A stretch of DNA of 43,186 bases from an uncultured Spirochaetaceae bacterium (GCA_964413945.1 CAYPUT010000004.1:1-43186); one strand, 5' to 3'. Positions 27,866 through 36,725 are shown, counted from the first letter of the stretch. Program-made: numbers and translations. Notes: generated from the sequence alone by a model not told the origin.

Positions 27866-28153
27866 CTACTTACGCGGCGGCTTCTGAGACTTTCGGAATA
27901 TCGGGTCGAAATACTTTTCCAGATCGTACTTGCCGGCGAGGCGTCTCATCAGCCGGTGGTAGAGAAAGTAAGTCAAGACCATCGAAGCGACGAAGATGAC
28001 CAAGAGCAGAATCTGAATGATTCCCGGTGAGAGATGGGGAGCAAGAAAACGCCCGAACAAGAAGAAGAGTACTAAGAAGACGGCGAACATAACGACCACG
28101 TTGACGATGGTCGCTCCGATCATGAACAGGACGGTATTGAGGCGCTTATTCAT
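27866..28153 (-). CDS. Small two-TM membrane protein downstream of lspA
   Basis: Two hydrophobic helices; overlaps the lspA stop. From memory, resembles spirochaete proteins loosely annotated 'leader peptide processing enzyme'. Confidence 0.8.
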   Translation of the reverse strand: MNKRLNTVLFMIGATIVNVVVMFAVFLVLFFLFGRFLAPHLSPGIIQILLLVIFVASMVLTYFLYHRLMRRLAGKYDLEKYFDPIFRKSQKPPRK

Positions 28154-28667
28154 TGGTTTTCTCCTGCGAGCCGAAGGAAGTGAGCAAGAGCAGGATTCCC
28201 GAGACGACCACGCTCGCGTCGGCGATGTTGAAAGTCGGCCATCGCTCCATACCTAGAAAACCGTAAATCCGAACGTCGATAAAGTCCACCACCCCACCGG
28301 AGCGAACGATTCGATCTATGAGGTTTCCGACACCCCCCCCGAGGATACCCGCGAGGGCCCACCGCTGAAGGGGGGTGAATTCGTCGCTCCGGAGGTAGTA
28401 CCAGAAGACGCCACCGACTACACCGACGGGCAGCGCGACAAAGAGCAGCGTTCGAAGAATCGGCGGAAGATCCCGCCCAATACTGAAGGCGATCCCGGGA
28501 TTCCGGGCGTGGATAATCCTAAGGAAATCGCCGATTACCTCGATAATCGGGCCTCCGTCGTAGACCAAGGCGAGATTTGACACGATGATGGCCTTCGTAA
28601 TCTGGTCCGCTAAGATGATGCCGAGGGTCAGCCGGAGCGGGGTGAGCCGATCGCGGGGAACGATCAT
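28146..28667 (-). CDS. lspA: Lipoprotein signal peptidase II
   Basis: DQITK, NPGIAFS, GGVGNLIDR, VVDFI, WPTFNIAD catalytic Asp motifs. Confidence 0.96.
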   Translation of the reverse strand: MIVPRDRLTPLRLTLGIILADQITKAIIVSNLALVYDGGPIIEVIGDFLRIIHARNPGIAFSIGRDLPPILRTLLFVALPVGVVGGVFWYYLRSDEFTPLQRWALAGILGGGVGNLIDRIVRSGGVVDFIDVRIYGFLGMERWPTFNIADASVVVSGILLLLTSFGSQEKTNE

Positions 28668-28669
28668 CT

Positions 28670-29431
28670 TTAGAGCCCCGTGGGGAGGTCGATCTCGACG
28701 GTCTCGAGGCCGAATCTTTCCGAAAGAAGCGCCGAGAGCCGCCGGACGCCCCAGGTCTCGGTCGCGTAATGACCGCCGAAGATGACGTTGATGCCCCCCT
28801 CGAGAGCCTCGTGGTAGATGGTGTGCGAGGCGTCCCCGGTAACAAAGAGGTCCAACCCCTCGGCGATCGCCTCGGACACATTCCGGGGAGCACCCCCGGA
28901 AACGATACCGACGGTTTCGACCTTCTCCCGGCCGAAGGGCAAAAGGGAAAGAACCTCATCGGAGGAGCCGAAGAGGGTTTCGGCAACCTCTCGAGGGGTC
29001 ATCGCCGACGGAAGACGCCCCTTCCACCCGACGGAGGTTCCCCGATAAAGACCGAAGGGGGCCGTGTCCACCAGCCCGAGGCGCTCGGCCATAACGGCGT
29101 TGTTCCCTACTTCCGGGTGGTAATCGAGGGGAAGATGGACCGCGTAGAGCGCGAGGTCGTGGTCGAGAAGGGTTCGAAAGCGCTCGAAGGCGGGGCCGAC
29201 GATGGGGTAGACCTGGCCCCAGAAGATTCCGTGATGCACCAAGAGCATGTCCGCCTCGGCTTCCGCCGCCCGGCGCATCGTTTCGAGGGCGGCGTCCACG
29301 GTATAGGCGATTCTTCGAACCTCCTTGTCCCGGCGCCCGACTTGGAGGCCGTTCAGGCCGGCGTCGATTGGTACAAACCGCTCTATTTCGAGGTATTCCC
29401 GGAGAAAGCTATCGAGATCGCCTAGCAACAT
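28670..29431 (-). CDS. Nif3-like (DUF34/YbgI) dinuclear metal protein
   Basis: NGLQV, VD, LVHHG, HLPLD.H...GNN, GGHYATE. Confidence 0.95.
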   Translation of the reverse strand: MLLGDLDSFLREYLEIERFVPIDAGLNGLQVGRRDKEVRRIAYTVDAALETMRRAAEAEADMLLVHHGIFWGQVYPIVGPAFERFRTLLDHDLALYAVHLPLDYHPEVGNNAVMAERLGLVDTAPFGLYRGTSVGWKGRLPSAMTPREVAETLFGSSDEVLSLLPFGREKVETVGIVSGGAPRNVSEAIAEGLDLFVTGDASHTIYHEALEGGINVIFGGHYATETWGVRRLSALLSERFGLETVEIDLPTGL

Positions 29432-29437
29432 GGGGGC

Positions 29438-29465
29438 ATTATAGCGAGGGGCCTCGGTTTTGCAA
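29438..29465 (-). promoter_or_regulatory. Leaderless promoter for nif3-lspA operon
   Basis: TTGCAA-N16-TATAAT-N6-ATG; no SD. Confidence 0.75.
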
Positions 29466-29518
29466 CAAGCCTTGTTTCTCCGGGGTCCTGGTACTATGTT
29501 TACCCGTAAACCAACGCT

Positions 29519-31996
29519 ATGCCTAAAAAACTACAAAGAAACACGGCACATCACATAACCCCCTTCGTAAGCCCCGGGGACGCCTCGGAGCTCCGGAGCG
29601 CCCGGCGCCTCGACCCCGAAAGAATTCGCTTCTCGATTTCCCGGGAGGAGATCGCCGCCTTAGACGACGGGCGCCGCGACTTTAGCGTTATCGGACAACC
29701 GAGAGCGTTAAGGGCTCTCCACCTCTCTGCACAGGTCCGAAGCAAGGGATACAACCTCTTTGTGACCGGGCTCCCGGGGACGGGACGTCGCACCGCGGTT
29801 TTGAAGGTCCTCGAGGCGTACCGCGAAGACCTCTCCCGGGTTCGGGATATCGCCTATGTCTTTAACTTCCGGCATCCGGAGCGTCCGACGGTCCTCTATT
29901 TTTCGCCGGGAAGGGGCGTCGCCTTTCGAGATGCCCTGAAGGCCTACGTCGAACAGATCGGCGATCTGATCGAGGAGCAGGCCCGGGACGAGGCGTTCAA
30001 GGACCATCGGGATCAGAAAGTCGTCGAAGTCGAGGGAAGGGAGAATATCGCTCTCAGCGAATTCGAAGAGCGCCTCAAGGCCGACGGCTTCACGGTCGTC
30101 AAGACCGGGGAGAACGATCAGGCCGATATCGCCCCGATCATCGACGGCACCGCATACCGCTTCGAGGAGCTTCAGGAGCTGCTTCAGGAAGGGAAGGTCG
30201 ATCAGAAAACCTGGACGGAACTGCGGGAGCGCTACTACCGCTATGTCGACGAGATGTCTGCGATATACAACCAGATGCGGAGTGACCGTGTCCGAGTCGA
30301 GAAGGAGCTCCGACGGATCCGCCTCGAGGGTCTCCGGCCGATGCTGGAGAAACGGCTGGAGCCGCTGAGGAAAGAGTTCGACTCTCCGGAGGCAAGCCGG
30401 CATCTCGACGGAATGCTCGAAGACATTCTCGAGCAGATCGAGCTCTTCGTACCCCCGGACCCGGATCGGGACCGTGACCGCGACCGGGACGAGCCGGTGG
30501 AGTCTCCGGGAGACCGTTACGCGGTCAACGTCGTGGTGGACCACAGCGAGACGACGAAGGCTCCACTTATTATGGAGATCTATCCCGACGCGGTGACTCT
30601 CTTCGGAAGCCAGGATCAGAGTCCGGACCACTCGGGAGAGTCCCGGCCGGGCCACCTCGGTCTCCGAGCCGGCTCCGTCGCCGGGGCCTCAGGCGGTTTT
30701 CTGGTTCTCCGAGCGGAGGACGTCCTTACGAACGAAGACCTCTGGCACGGTCTCAAGCGGACGATACTCGAAGAGGAGACCGAGATCCGCTCCGCCGCCC
30801 ATCCCCTCGGTCCCCCTGCGGGAGCGCTCAAGCCGGATCCGATCAAAGTCGACATCAAGCTGGTGCTCCTCGGAAACGACCAGCTCTACGACTTTCTCTA
30901 CATGCAGGACGAGGAGTTCGGAAAGCTCTTCAAGGTTCCGGCCGAATTCGACTCGGTTATGCCGAGAACCGACCAGACGACGCAGGAGTACATCCGTTTC
31001 GTCCGGATGGTCGAGGTCGATGAGACATTGCTGCCCTTCGACCACGACGCGATCGCGGCGATTCTCGAGTACAGCGTCCGTCTCGCGGAGCTCCGGGACA
31101 AGCTGAGCACCCGATTCTCCCACATCGCCGACATTATGCGGGAGTCCAACCACTGGGCCCGTCAACGGACCGGCACCGAGGTGACCCGGGAGGATGTGAT
31201 GCGGGCCCAGGAGGAACGGCGCTTTCTCTACAATCTTCCCGAAGAGAAGATAGACGAACAGATCCTCTCGGGGGAGCTTTTGATTTCGGTCCACGAAAGC
31301 TCCGTCGGCCGGATAAACGGGTTGGCCATTGTCGATCGCGGCTACTACGCCTTCGCCCGGCCGGTGTTGATAACCGCCGGAACCGCCCCGGGGGACGACG
31401 GCATCATAAACATCGAGCGGGAATCGGGGCTTTCGGGGGAGATCCACGACAAGGGGATCTACATTCTTCAGGGCTTCCTCCAGTCGAAGTACACCCGGGA
31501 CTTTCCCCTGTCGGTCCGGGCGAGCCTCTGTTTCGAACAGTCCTACGTAGAAGTCGACGGCGATTCGGCCTCCTCGGCGGAGGTCTATGCCCTTCTCTCG
31601 GCGATTGCCGACGTCCCGATGCGGCAGGATATCGCGGTGACCGGCTCGGTAAACCAGATGGGACAGATCCAGCCGGTCGGGGGCATCAGCGAGAAGATCG
31701 AGGGCTTCTTCGATATCTGCAGCCGGACGGAGCTGACCGGCCGCCAGGGAGTGATTATTCCCGAGCAGAACGTCTCGGGGTTGATCTTGCGGAAAGAGGT
31801 GCAGGACGCCATCGCCGAGGAGCGCTTCTCGATCTACACCGTCAAGACGATCGACGAAGGCATCGAGATCCTGACCGGCCGACGGGCCGGAGACCGGACC
31901 CAGAAAGGCCCCTTCGAGGGGGGGACGGTTAACGCGGAGATAGAGCGTCGTCTCCACCAAATGGCCCTTAGCGTGAAGAACTTTGGAGGTAATTGA
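29519..31996 (+). CDS. LonC-type Lon protease (AAA-like domain with coiled-coil insertion + S16 protease)
   Basis: IGQPRA, GLPGTGRRT degenerate Walker A, long helical insertion, GRINGL, FEQSY..VDGDSAS (Ser), VTGSVNQ.G.IQPVGG..EKIEGF (Lys). Confidence 0.92.
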   Translation: MPKKLQRNTAHHITPFVSPGDASELRSARRLDPERIRFSISREEIAALDDGRRDFSVIGQPRALRALHLSAQVRSKGYNLFVTGLPGTGRRTAVLKVLEAYREDLSRVRDIAYVFNFRHPERPTVLYFSPGRGVAFRDALKAYVEQIGDLIEEQARDEAFKDHRDQKVVEVEGRENIALSEFEERLKADGFTVVKTGENDQADIAPIIDGTAYRFEELQELLQEGKVDQKTWTELRERYYRYVDEMSAIYNQMRSDRVRVEKELRRIRLEGLRPMLEKRLEPLRKEFDSPEASRHLDGMLEDILEQIELFVPPDPDRDRDRDRDEPVESPGDRYAVNVVVDHSETTKAPLIMEIYPDAVTLFGSQDQSPDHSGESRPGHLGLRAGSVAGASGGFLVLRAEDVLTNEDLWHGLKRTILEEETEIRSAAHPLGPPAGALKPDPIKVDIKLVLLGNDQLYDFLYMQDEEFGKLFKVPAEFDSVMPRTDQTTQEYIRFVRMVEVDETLLPFDHDAIAAILEYSVRLAELRDKLSTRFSHIADIMRESNHWARQRTGTEVTREDVMRAQEERRFLYNLPEEKIDEQILSGELLISVHESSVGRINGLAIVDRGYYAFARPVLITAGTAPGDDGIINIERESGLSGEIHDKGIYILQGFLQSKYTRDFPLSVRASLCFEQSYVEVDGDSASSAEVYALLSAIADVPMRQDIAVTGSVNQMGQIQPVGGISEKIEGFFDICSRTELTGRQGVIIPEQNVSGLILRKEVQDAIAEERFSIYTVKTIDEGIEILTGRRAGDRTQKGPFEGGTVNAEIERRLHQMALSVKNFGGN

Positions 31997-32006
31997 GATC
32001 GGATTC

Positions 32007-32034
32007 TTGACAACGGAATCCCTCGAACTATACT
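32007..32034 (+). promoter_or_regulatory. Promoter for HDOD gene (very short leader)
   Basis: TTGACA-N16-TATACT-N10-ATG; no SD. Confidence 0.75.
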
Positions 32035-32044
32035 GTAGAACAGC

Positions 32045-33529
32045 ATGGCCAAAAAGATCGACGCGGAGAAGGTGCTGCAAGCAGCCCGGAGCTCCATACC
32101 GCTCTCCGTAAAGTCGTATACCCTACCCCACGAGACGGAAGTCTACCTCGAAGAAATCCTTTCGATCTTTCTCAAAGAGATGGGGCAAGAGGGGCTGAAG
32201 GACCCACTCGCCTACTGCCTCCGTGAACTCGCCGTAAACGCGAAGAAGGCAAACACGAAGCGAGTCTACTTTGAGGAAAAACAGCTCGACCTCCTCAACG
32301 AGGAGGACTATCGGGACGGCATGGAGAACTTTAAGCAGGAGACCCTCGACAACATAAACCACTTCCTCGAGCGTCAGAAGGAAGCGGGTCTCTACGTCAA
32401 GGTCGTCTTCCACGCCAAGGGTCGCGATCTTCAGCTCTACGTTATCAACAACTCGTCTATCACCCGGAAAGAGCAGATCCGCATATTCGACCGGATTGCC
32501 CGGTCGAGGGCCTTCGACAGCCTCGAGGAAGCCCTTACCACCGTCCTCGACGACTCCGAAGGGGCCGGTCTCGGGATCGTTATTCTTGTGCTGATGCTCA
32601 AGAAGATCGGTCTCGACGAAGACGCCTTCGACATCGACAGCGAAAACGGGGAAACCATCGCCCGGATTACCATTCCGATGTCGCAGGTCCGCCTCGAAAG
32701 CCTCGATATGATCTCCCAGCGGATCGTTCAGGAGGTCGACTCTCTCCCCCGGTTCCCGGAAAACATCGTCAGCCTCCAGAAGACCCTCGCGGACCCGGAT
32801 GCCGAGATTGCTTCCATCGCCCGACAGGTGAGCACCGACCCGGCCTTGACCGCCGAGCTCCTCAAGCTGGTGAACTCCGCCCAGTTCATGCTACGGAAGA
32901 AGGTCGACAACATCGTCGAGGCCGTAAAGCTCGTCGGTCTCCGAGGCTTGAGAAACCTGCTCTTTCTCCAGGGGACCCAGAAGATCCTCGGGAACGAAAC
33001 CAACGAGACCAAGCAGCTCTGGGACCACTCCTACCGGGCGGCTTTCTACGCCTACAACCTTGCCCGAAACTTGAGCCCCAAGAAGGAGATGCTCGACGAT
33101 GTCTACGTCGGGGGCATCCTCCACGACATGGGAAAGATAATCTTCTCCTCGGTCCATCCCGACCTTATCGCCAAAATCAACGACTTCTGCCGGGACCGGG
33201 GGATCGAGCCGGAGATCTTCGAAGACTTGGCCGCAGGACTGAACCACTCGGAGATCGGCTCGATGATCGCCGAAAAGTGGAACTTTCCCGACGCCCTCGT
33301 GCAGGCGATCAAGTATCACCACACCCCCTTGAGCGCGCCGCCGGAGCACCGTGAGGTTGTCTACGCGGTCTATCTGGCAAACGCAATCTGCCACTACGAG
33401 GCGGGGGACGTCGGCTTCGACCAGATCGACCCCGGGATTCTGCGCCACTTCAAGATCGTCGACGAAGCCCACCTCAAGAAAATTCTCGGCCGCCTCAGCG
33501 ACGCCCTAAGAAAAGAGCTGGCCACCTAA
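32045..33529 (+). CDS. HDOD domain protein with N-terminal GHKL/HATPase-like domain
   Basis: C-terminal half: LP.FP, DPALTA.LLKLVNSA, LWDHS, GILHDMGK, H.EIG..IAEKWNFP, IKYHH. N-terminal half: LRELAVNA (N box) and EGAGLG (G box). Confidence 0.9.
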   Translation: MAKKIDAEKVLQAARSSIPLSVKSYTLPHETEVYLEEILSIFLKEMGQEGLKDPLAYCLRELAVNAKKANTKRVYFEEKQLDLLNEEDYRDGMENFKQETLDNINHFLERQKEAGLYVKVVFHAKGRDLQLYVINNSSITRKEQIRIFDRIARSRAFDSLEEALTTVLDDSEGAGLGIVILVLMLKKIGLDEDAFDIDSENGETIARITIPMSQVRLESLDMISQRIVQEVDSLPRFPENIVSLQKTLADPDAEIASIARQVSTDPALTAELLKLVNSAQFMLRKKVDNIVEAVKLVGLRGLRNLLFLQGTQKILGNETNETKQLWDHSYRAAFYAYNLARNLSPKKEMLDDVYVGGILHDMGKIIFSSVHPDLIAKINDFCRDRGIEPEIFEDLAAGLNHSEIGSMIAEKWNFPDALVQAIKYHHTPLSAPPEHREVVYAVYLANAICHYEAGDVGFDQIDPGILRHFKIVDEAHLKKILGRLSDALRKELAT

Positions 33530-33625
33530 GGCCCCACCGGGAGGTTGGTTGGTCGTCCGCCGGCGACCACCGGAGTCTACCGGCCGCCGGCGTTGCCGAC
33601 CGGCGCGGGGGCTACTCACCGGCGC

Positions 33626-33654
33626 TTGACGCAGTTATTTGTATATAGTATTTT
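33626..33654 (+). promoter_or_regulatory. Putative promoter for glutaredoxin-osmC
   Basis: TTGACG-N17-TATTTT in an AT-rich patch; SD AGGAGG downstream. Confidence 0.5.
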
Positions 33655-33683
33655 GCCAATGTAGAAATTACAGGAGGGCTGTA

Positions 33684-33914
33684 ATGGCAGTCACACTTTA
33701 TACAACACCGTCGTGCACCTACTGCACAAAGGCCAAGAAGTATTTTCGGGACAACCGGATTACCTTCCGGGAATACAACGTGGCGCAGGACATGCGCCGG
33801 GCCGATGAGATGGTCAAGAAGTCCGGACAGATGGGCGTCCCCGTCATCGACATTCACGGAAAGATCATCGTAGGGTTTAATCAACCGGAAATCGAGCGCG
33901 CCCTCCGTCGATAG
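33684..33914 (+). CDS. Glutaredoxin-like (NrdH/YruB family) protein
   Basis: YTTPSCTYC (CxxC), SGQMGVPVI, IVGFN; ATG 33684 after SD AGGAGG. Confidence 0.93.
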   Translation: MAVTLYTTPSCTYCTKAKKYFRDNRITFREYNVAQDMRRADEMVKKSGQMGVPVIDIHGKIIVGFNQPEIERALRR

Positions 33915-33934
33915 GCGAGGGCCGAAGGACGCGT

Positions 33935-34351
33935 ATGTCTCACACAACCAAAGCAACGCATATCGACGGATTGGCCTTCGAGATGGAGGTCCAAGGACAC
34001 TCCTTTACGGTAGACGCCGACGCCTCCGTCGGAGGTAAGGATCGGGGCCCGACCCCGAAGCCTCTCGTGCTATCCGCCCTCGCGGGGTGCACCGGCATGG
34101 ACGTGGCAAGCATTCTCGGAAAGATGCAGATGCCCTACGACAGCTTCGTCTTAGAGGTGGATGGTGACACCTCGGAGTCCCATCCGAAGGTCTACACCGA
34201 CATCCGCCTGCGCTACATCTTTACCGGAGATTCTCTGGATAAGAGCAAGATCGAAAAGGCGGTTAGTCTCTCGCTGGATCGGTACTGCGGCGTCGCGAAC
34301 ATGCTCAAGCAGGTGACCAACCTGACCCACGAGATCCTGCTGAACCCCTAA
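33935..34351 (+). CDS. OsmC family protein (YhfA-like)
   Basis: GPTPK.L.L.ALAGCTGMDV and SLDRYCGV: two conserved Cys. Confidence 0.92.
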   Translation: MSHTTKATHIDGLAFEMEVQGHSFTVDADASVGGKDRGPTPKPLVLSALAGCTGMDVASILGKMQMPYDSFVLEVDGDTSESHPKVYTDIRLRYIFTGDSLDKSKIEKAVSLSLDRYCGVANMLKQVTNLTHEILLNP

Positions 34352-35148
34352 ACAGAGAGGTTTTGCATCCTGCTCCACCAGGCGTAGAGCAGGATCCCCA
34401 CCGAAACCGCGACGTTCAGGGAACCCTTGGCGCCGGCCATCGGGATCGAGCAGATCCTCTCCTCCGCTAAGACCCGGGCTTCTCGGCTCAAACCCAACTC
34501 TTCGTTCCCGATCAAGACCACTCCTTCCTGAGGAAACGCGAACTCCCCGAGAGGCGTGCCGCCGGTTTCCAAGGCGAAGACGGCCGCCCCGGCGCCGAGG
34601 TCGGCCAAGGGGCGCCGCTCCCAGGGCACCCGGTCGACGCATCCCATGGAGGAACGCCGGGCACGGCTGCCGTCGGGGGACGGGGTCCCGGGCGAAACCG
34701 CAATTTCCTCTACGCAGAACGCCTCGGCGGTGCGGAAGATCGCCCCGACGTTAAAGGGGGACCGAAGATCCTCTAAATAGATCCGGGGGTGGAACTCCGG
34801 AGGGCAGAGGCGCCGCGCCCCGGAATCCCGGTCGAGGGGAGCGAGAAGATCCCATTCCCCGGGCTCCTCTCCGAGGGCCCGGAGAAGGGCGTGCCGGAGG
34901 TCGTTGACCCGCCGGAGGCGGAGATCCGATGTCAAGGCAGCATCGAGAGACTCCAGGAGCGCCTCGGCGGAGCCGGTAAGCTCCGGAGAATCGTTATCGG
35001 CGGCGATCAACCTGCCGAGATCCCGTAGGTAGATCGGCTCGACCGACCGCCCCTCGCGGAACCGCTTTTCGAGCTCGCCGAGAAGACGCAGGGCCTTTCT
35101 TCGCCGCGTTCCGAGGGGCAAGCTTCCGAGCTTTCGAATGGTCATCAT
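34348..35148 (-). CDS. TrmH/SpoU family RNA methyltransferase
   Basis: LEDLRSPFNVGAIFRTAE, IGNEELGL, IPMAG.KGSLNVAV SPOUT motifs. Confidence 0.93.
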   Translation of the reverse strand: MMTIRKLGSLPLGTRRRKALRLLGELEKRFREGRSVEPIYLRDLGRLIAADNDSPELTGSAEALLESLDAALTSDLRLRRVNDLRHALLRALGEEPGEWDLLAPLDRDSGARRLCPPEFHPRIYLEDLRSPFNVGAIFRTAEAFCVEEIAVSPGTPSPDGSRARRSSMGCVDRVPWERRPLADLGAGAAVFALETGGTPLGEFAFPQEGVVLIGNEELGLSREARVLAEERICSIPMAGAKGSLNVAVSVGILLYAWWSRMQNLSV

Positions 35149-35171
35149 GGGCGCCTCGGTCCCCTAGAGAA

Positions 35172-36323
35172 TCAGTAGGCCTGCTTGAGCAGGTCGTGGA
35201 GTTCCTGGGGTCCGAAGGGTACCGAGGAATGGCTGACCATATCTAGGTGGGAGGCGCCTTCGGCGATGTCGTAGAGGTCCTCGAGGCGCACGTCCAGCTC
35301 CCGGAGGCGCCCGGTCAGCTCGAGCTTTCCGATAAGGCGCCGGGCGACGGTAGAGGCCTGGCCTGCGTCGTCGGAGTTGTTGATGCCGAGGATGTCCTCT
35401 CCGAGGGCCCGGGCGATCTTGGCGACCTTGGCCGGCTTTGCCTGGGCGTGGTAGTCCAAGAGATGAGGCAGTAGCACCGTGGCGAGCCAGACTTTCGGAA
35501 CATCGTACTTAGCGTTGATCGAGTAGGCCAGGGCGCTTCCCGGGCCGAGACTACTCACCGAAAGGCCGATGGCCATCATCAACCCGGCTTCGGCGGCCCG
35601 CCGGGAGGAGTCCCGGTCCTCCGGATCGAGGAGAAGCTCGTCTACCGACTCCTTTACCGTGTCGATCGCCCGGAGAAAGAGCGTGTCGGAGAAGAAGGTA
35701 CTCTTTGCCGAGAGATAGCCTTCGATACTCGACAGGAGTATATCCATCATGATCGCGGCGGTGAGCTTCCGGGATATGGAGAAGCCGAGCTTCGGGTCTA
35801 TGATGGCCCAGCTCGTCGGCGGCGAGGCGAAGCGAACCATCCGGGCAGTCGCGGTCTCGATATCGACGACCATCGCCCGGTTGGTCAGAAGCATCGGGTC
35901 CCGCAAGGAGGTGGGAAGACCGATAAAGGGGAGAGTCTTCTCGGCGATCATCCCGCCGGACACAAGCTGGTAGACCGACGCGTCGCCGGCAATCCCGGCG
36001 GAAACACATTTGGCGGCTGACAGGACGCTCCCGCCACCCACGCCGATAACCATCTGAGCCCGGGCCGCGCGCCCCATGGTAACCGCCTTGGTTATGGCGC
36101 CGGGGCCGATGCGGCTCGGCAGCTCGTCGTGGACGACCGATTGAATGGAACGCTTGGCGAGGGCCTCCCGAATCGTCTGAACCGCCGTACTCTTGCCGGT
36201 CAACGCCGGCTCGGCGACGATCAGGGCGCGCTCCCCAAGCTCCGCCGCGGCGGAGCCCAAACGGTTGACGGAGTCCGGTCCGAAGACCACTTTGGAAGGC
36301 AGGTGCAGTTGCAAGTCGCTCAT
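35172..36323 (-). CDS. Iron-containing alcohol dehydrogenase-fold protein with metal ligands apparently lost
   Basis: P.KVVFG, GVGGGS, LPTS, P..AIIDP.L family motifs; the three metal-binding His positions are not conserved. Confidence 0.85.
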   Translation of the reverse strand: MSDLQLHLPSKVVFGPDSVNRLGSAAAELGERALIVAEPALTGKSTAVQTIREALAKRSIQSVVHDELPSRIGPGAITKAVTMGRAARAQMVIGVGGGSVLSAAKCVSAGIAGDASVYQLVSGGMIAEKTLPFIGLPTSLRDPMLLTNRAMVVDIETATARMVRFASPPTSWAIIDPKLGFSISRKLTAAIMMDILLSSIEGYLSAKSTFFSDTLFLRAIDTVKESVDELLLDPEDRDSSRRAAEAGLMMAIGLSVSSLGPGSALAYSINAKYDVPKVWLATVLLPHLLDYHAQAKPAKVAKIARALGEDILGINNSDDAGQASTVARRLIGKLELTGRLRELDVRLEDLYDIAEGASHLDMVSHSSVPFGPQELHDLLKQAY

Positions 36324-36326
36324 AGC

Positions 36327-36358
36327 AAAAAAAAGGCAGAGGCCGTTACTCCCCTGCC
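36327..36358 (-). terminator. Intrinsic terminator after flgM
   Basis: Minus strand GGCAGGGG-AGTAACGG-CCTCTGCC stem-loop followed by T8. Confidence 0.8.
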
Positions 36359-36385
36359 GTTACCCTTCAAGACTGGTTAGAAGAA

Positions 36386-36670
36386 TCAGAGGCCGAACGC
36401 ATCCATGATGCGATCCGCCACCGAGTCGAGTACCCGTTCGTCTATGTAGGACGGGTCTTCCAAACGACGCTTTGCTTCCTCGACCCGATCCATCCGTACA
36501 TCGCTCGTGCTCCGAACAGTCTCCTCAAGGCGGTGCATGTCCGCCTTTATCCGAGCTTCTTCGGAGAACGAGATGGTGTCGCGACCCTCCTGGCGCTCCG
36601 CCTTGGTGGCCTTCTCGCTTTGATTGAGCTTCTGAATTGGGTCTACGGGTCCGAGCCGTTCAATGCTCAC
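36386..36670 (-). CDS. flgM: Anti-sigma28 factor FlgM
   Basis: 94 aa; DTISFSEEA and DVRMDRVEEAK..L...SY..E.VLD.VADRI; upstream sigma28-like promoter. Confidence 0.88.
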   Translation of the reverse strand: MSIERLGPVDPIQKLNQSEKATKAERQEGRDTISFSEEARIKADMHRLEETVRSTSDVRMDRVEEAKRRLEDPSYIDERVLDSVADRIMDAFGL

Positions 36671-36698
36671 TTCGGAACTTACCTCGCTTCATTTTGAA

Positions 36699-36725
36699 GT
36701 ATCGACACCTCTTCTTCCAATATTA
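36699..36725 (-). promoter_or_regulatory. Sigma28 (FliA) promoter of flgM
   Basis: TAAT-N15-GTCGATAC versus consensus TAAA-N15-GCCGATAA; the -35 uses the rsmI stop codon. Confidence 0.72.

Noticed and set aside
30455-30490. PDPDRDRDRDRD low-complexity tract in LonC as a phase-variable repeat
   Set aside because: Encoded by varied synonymous codons, so not a perfect DNA microsatellite; probably a charged linker.
33632-33660. AT-rich patch before the glutaredoxin gene as a Rex/PerR/Fur box
   Set aside because: No convincing palindrome matching those consensus sequences; explained by the promoter itself.
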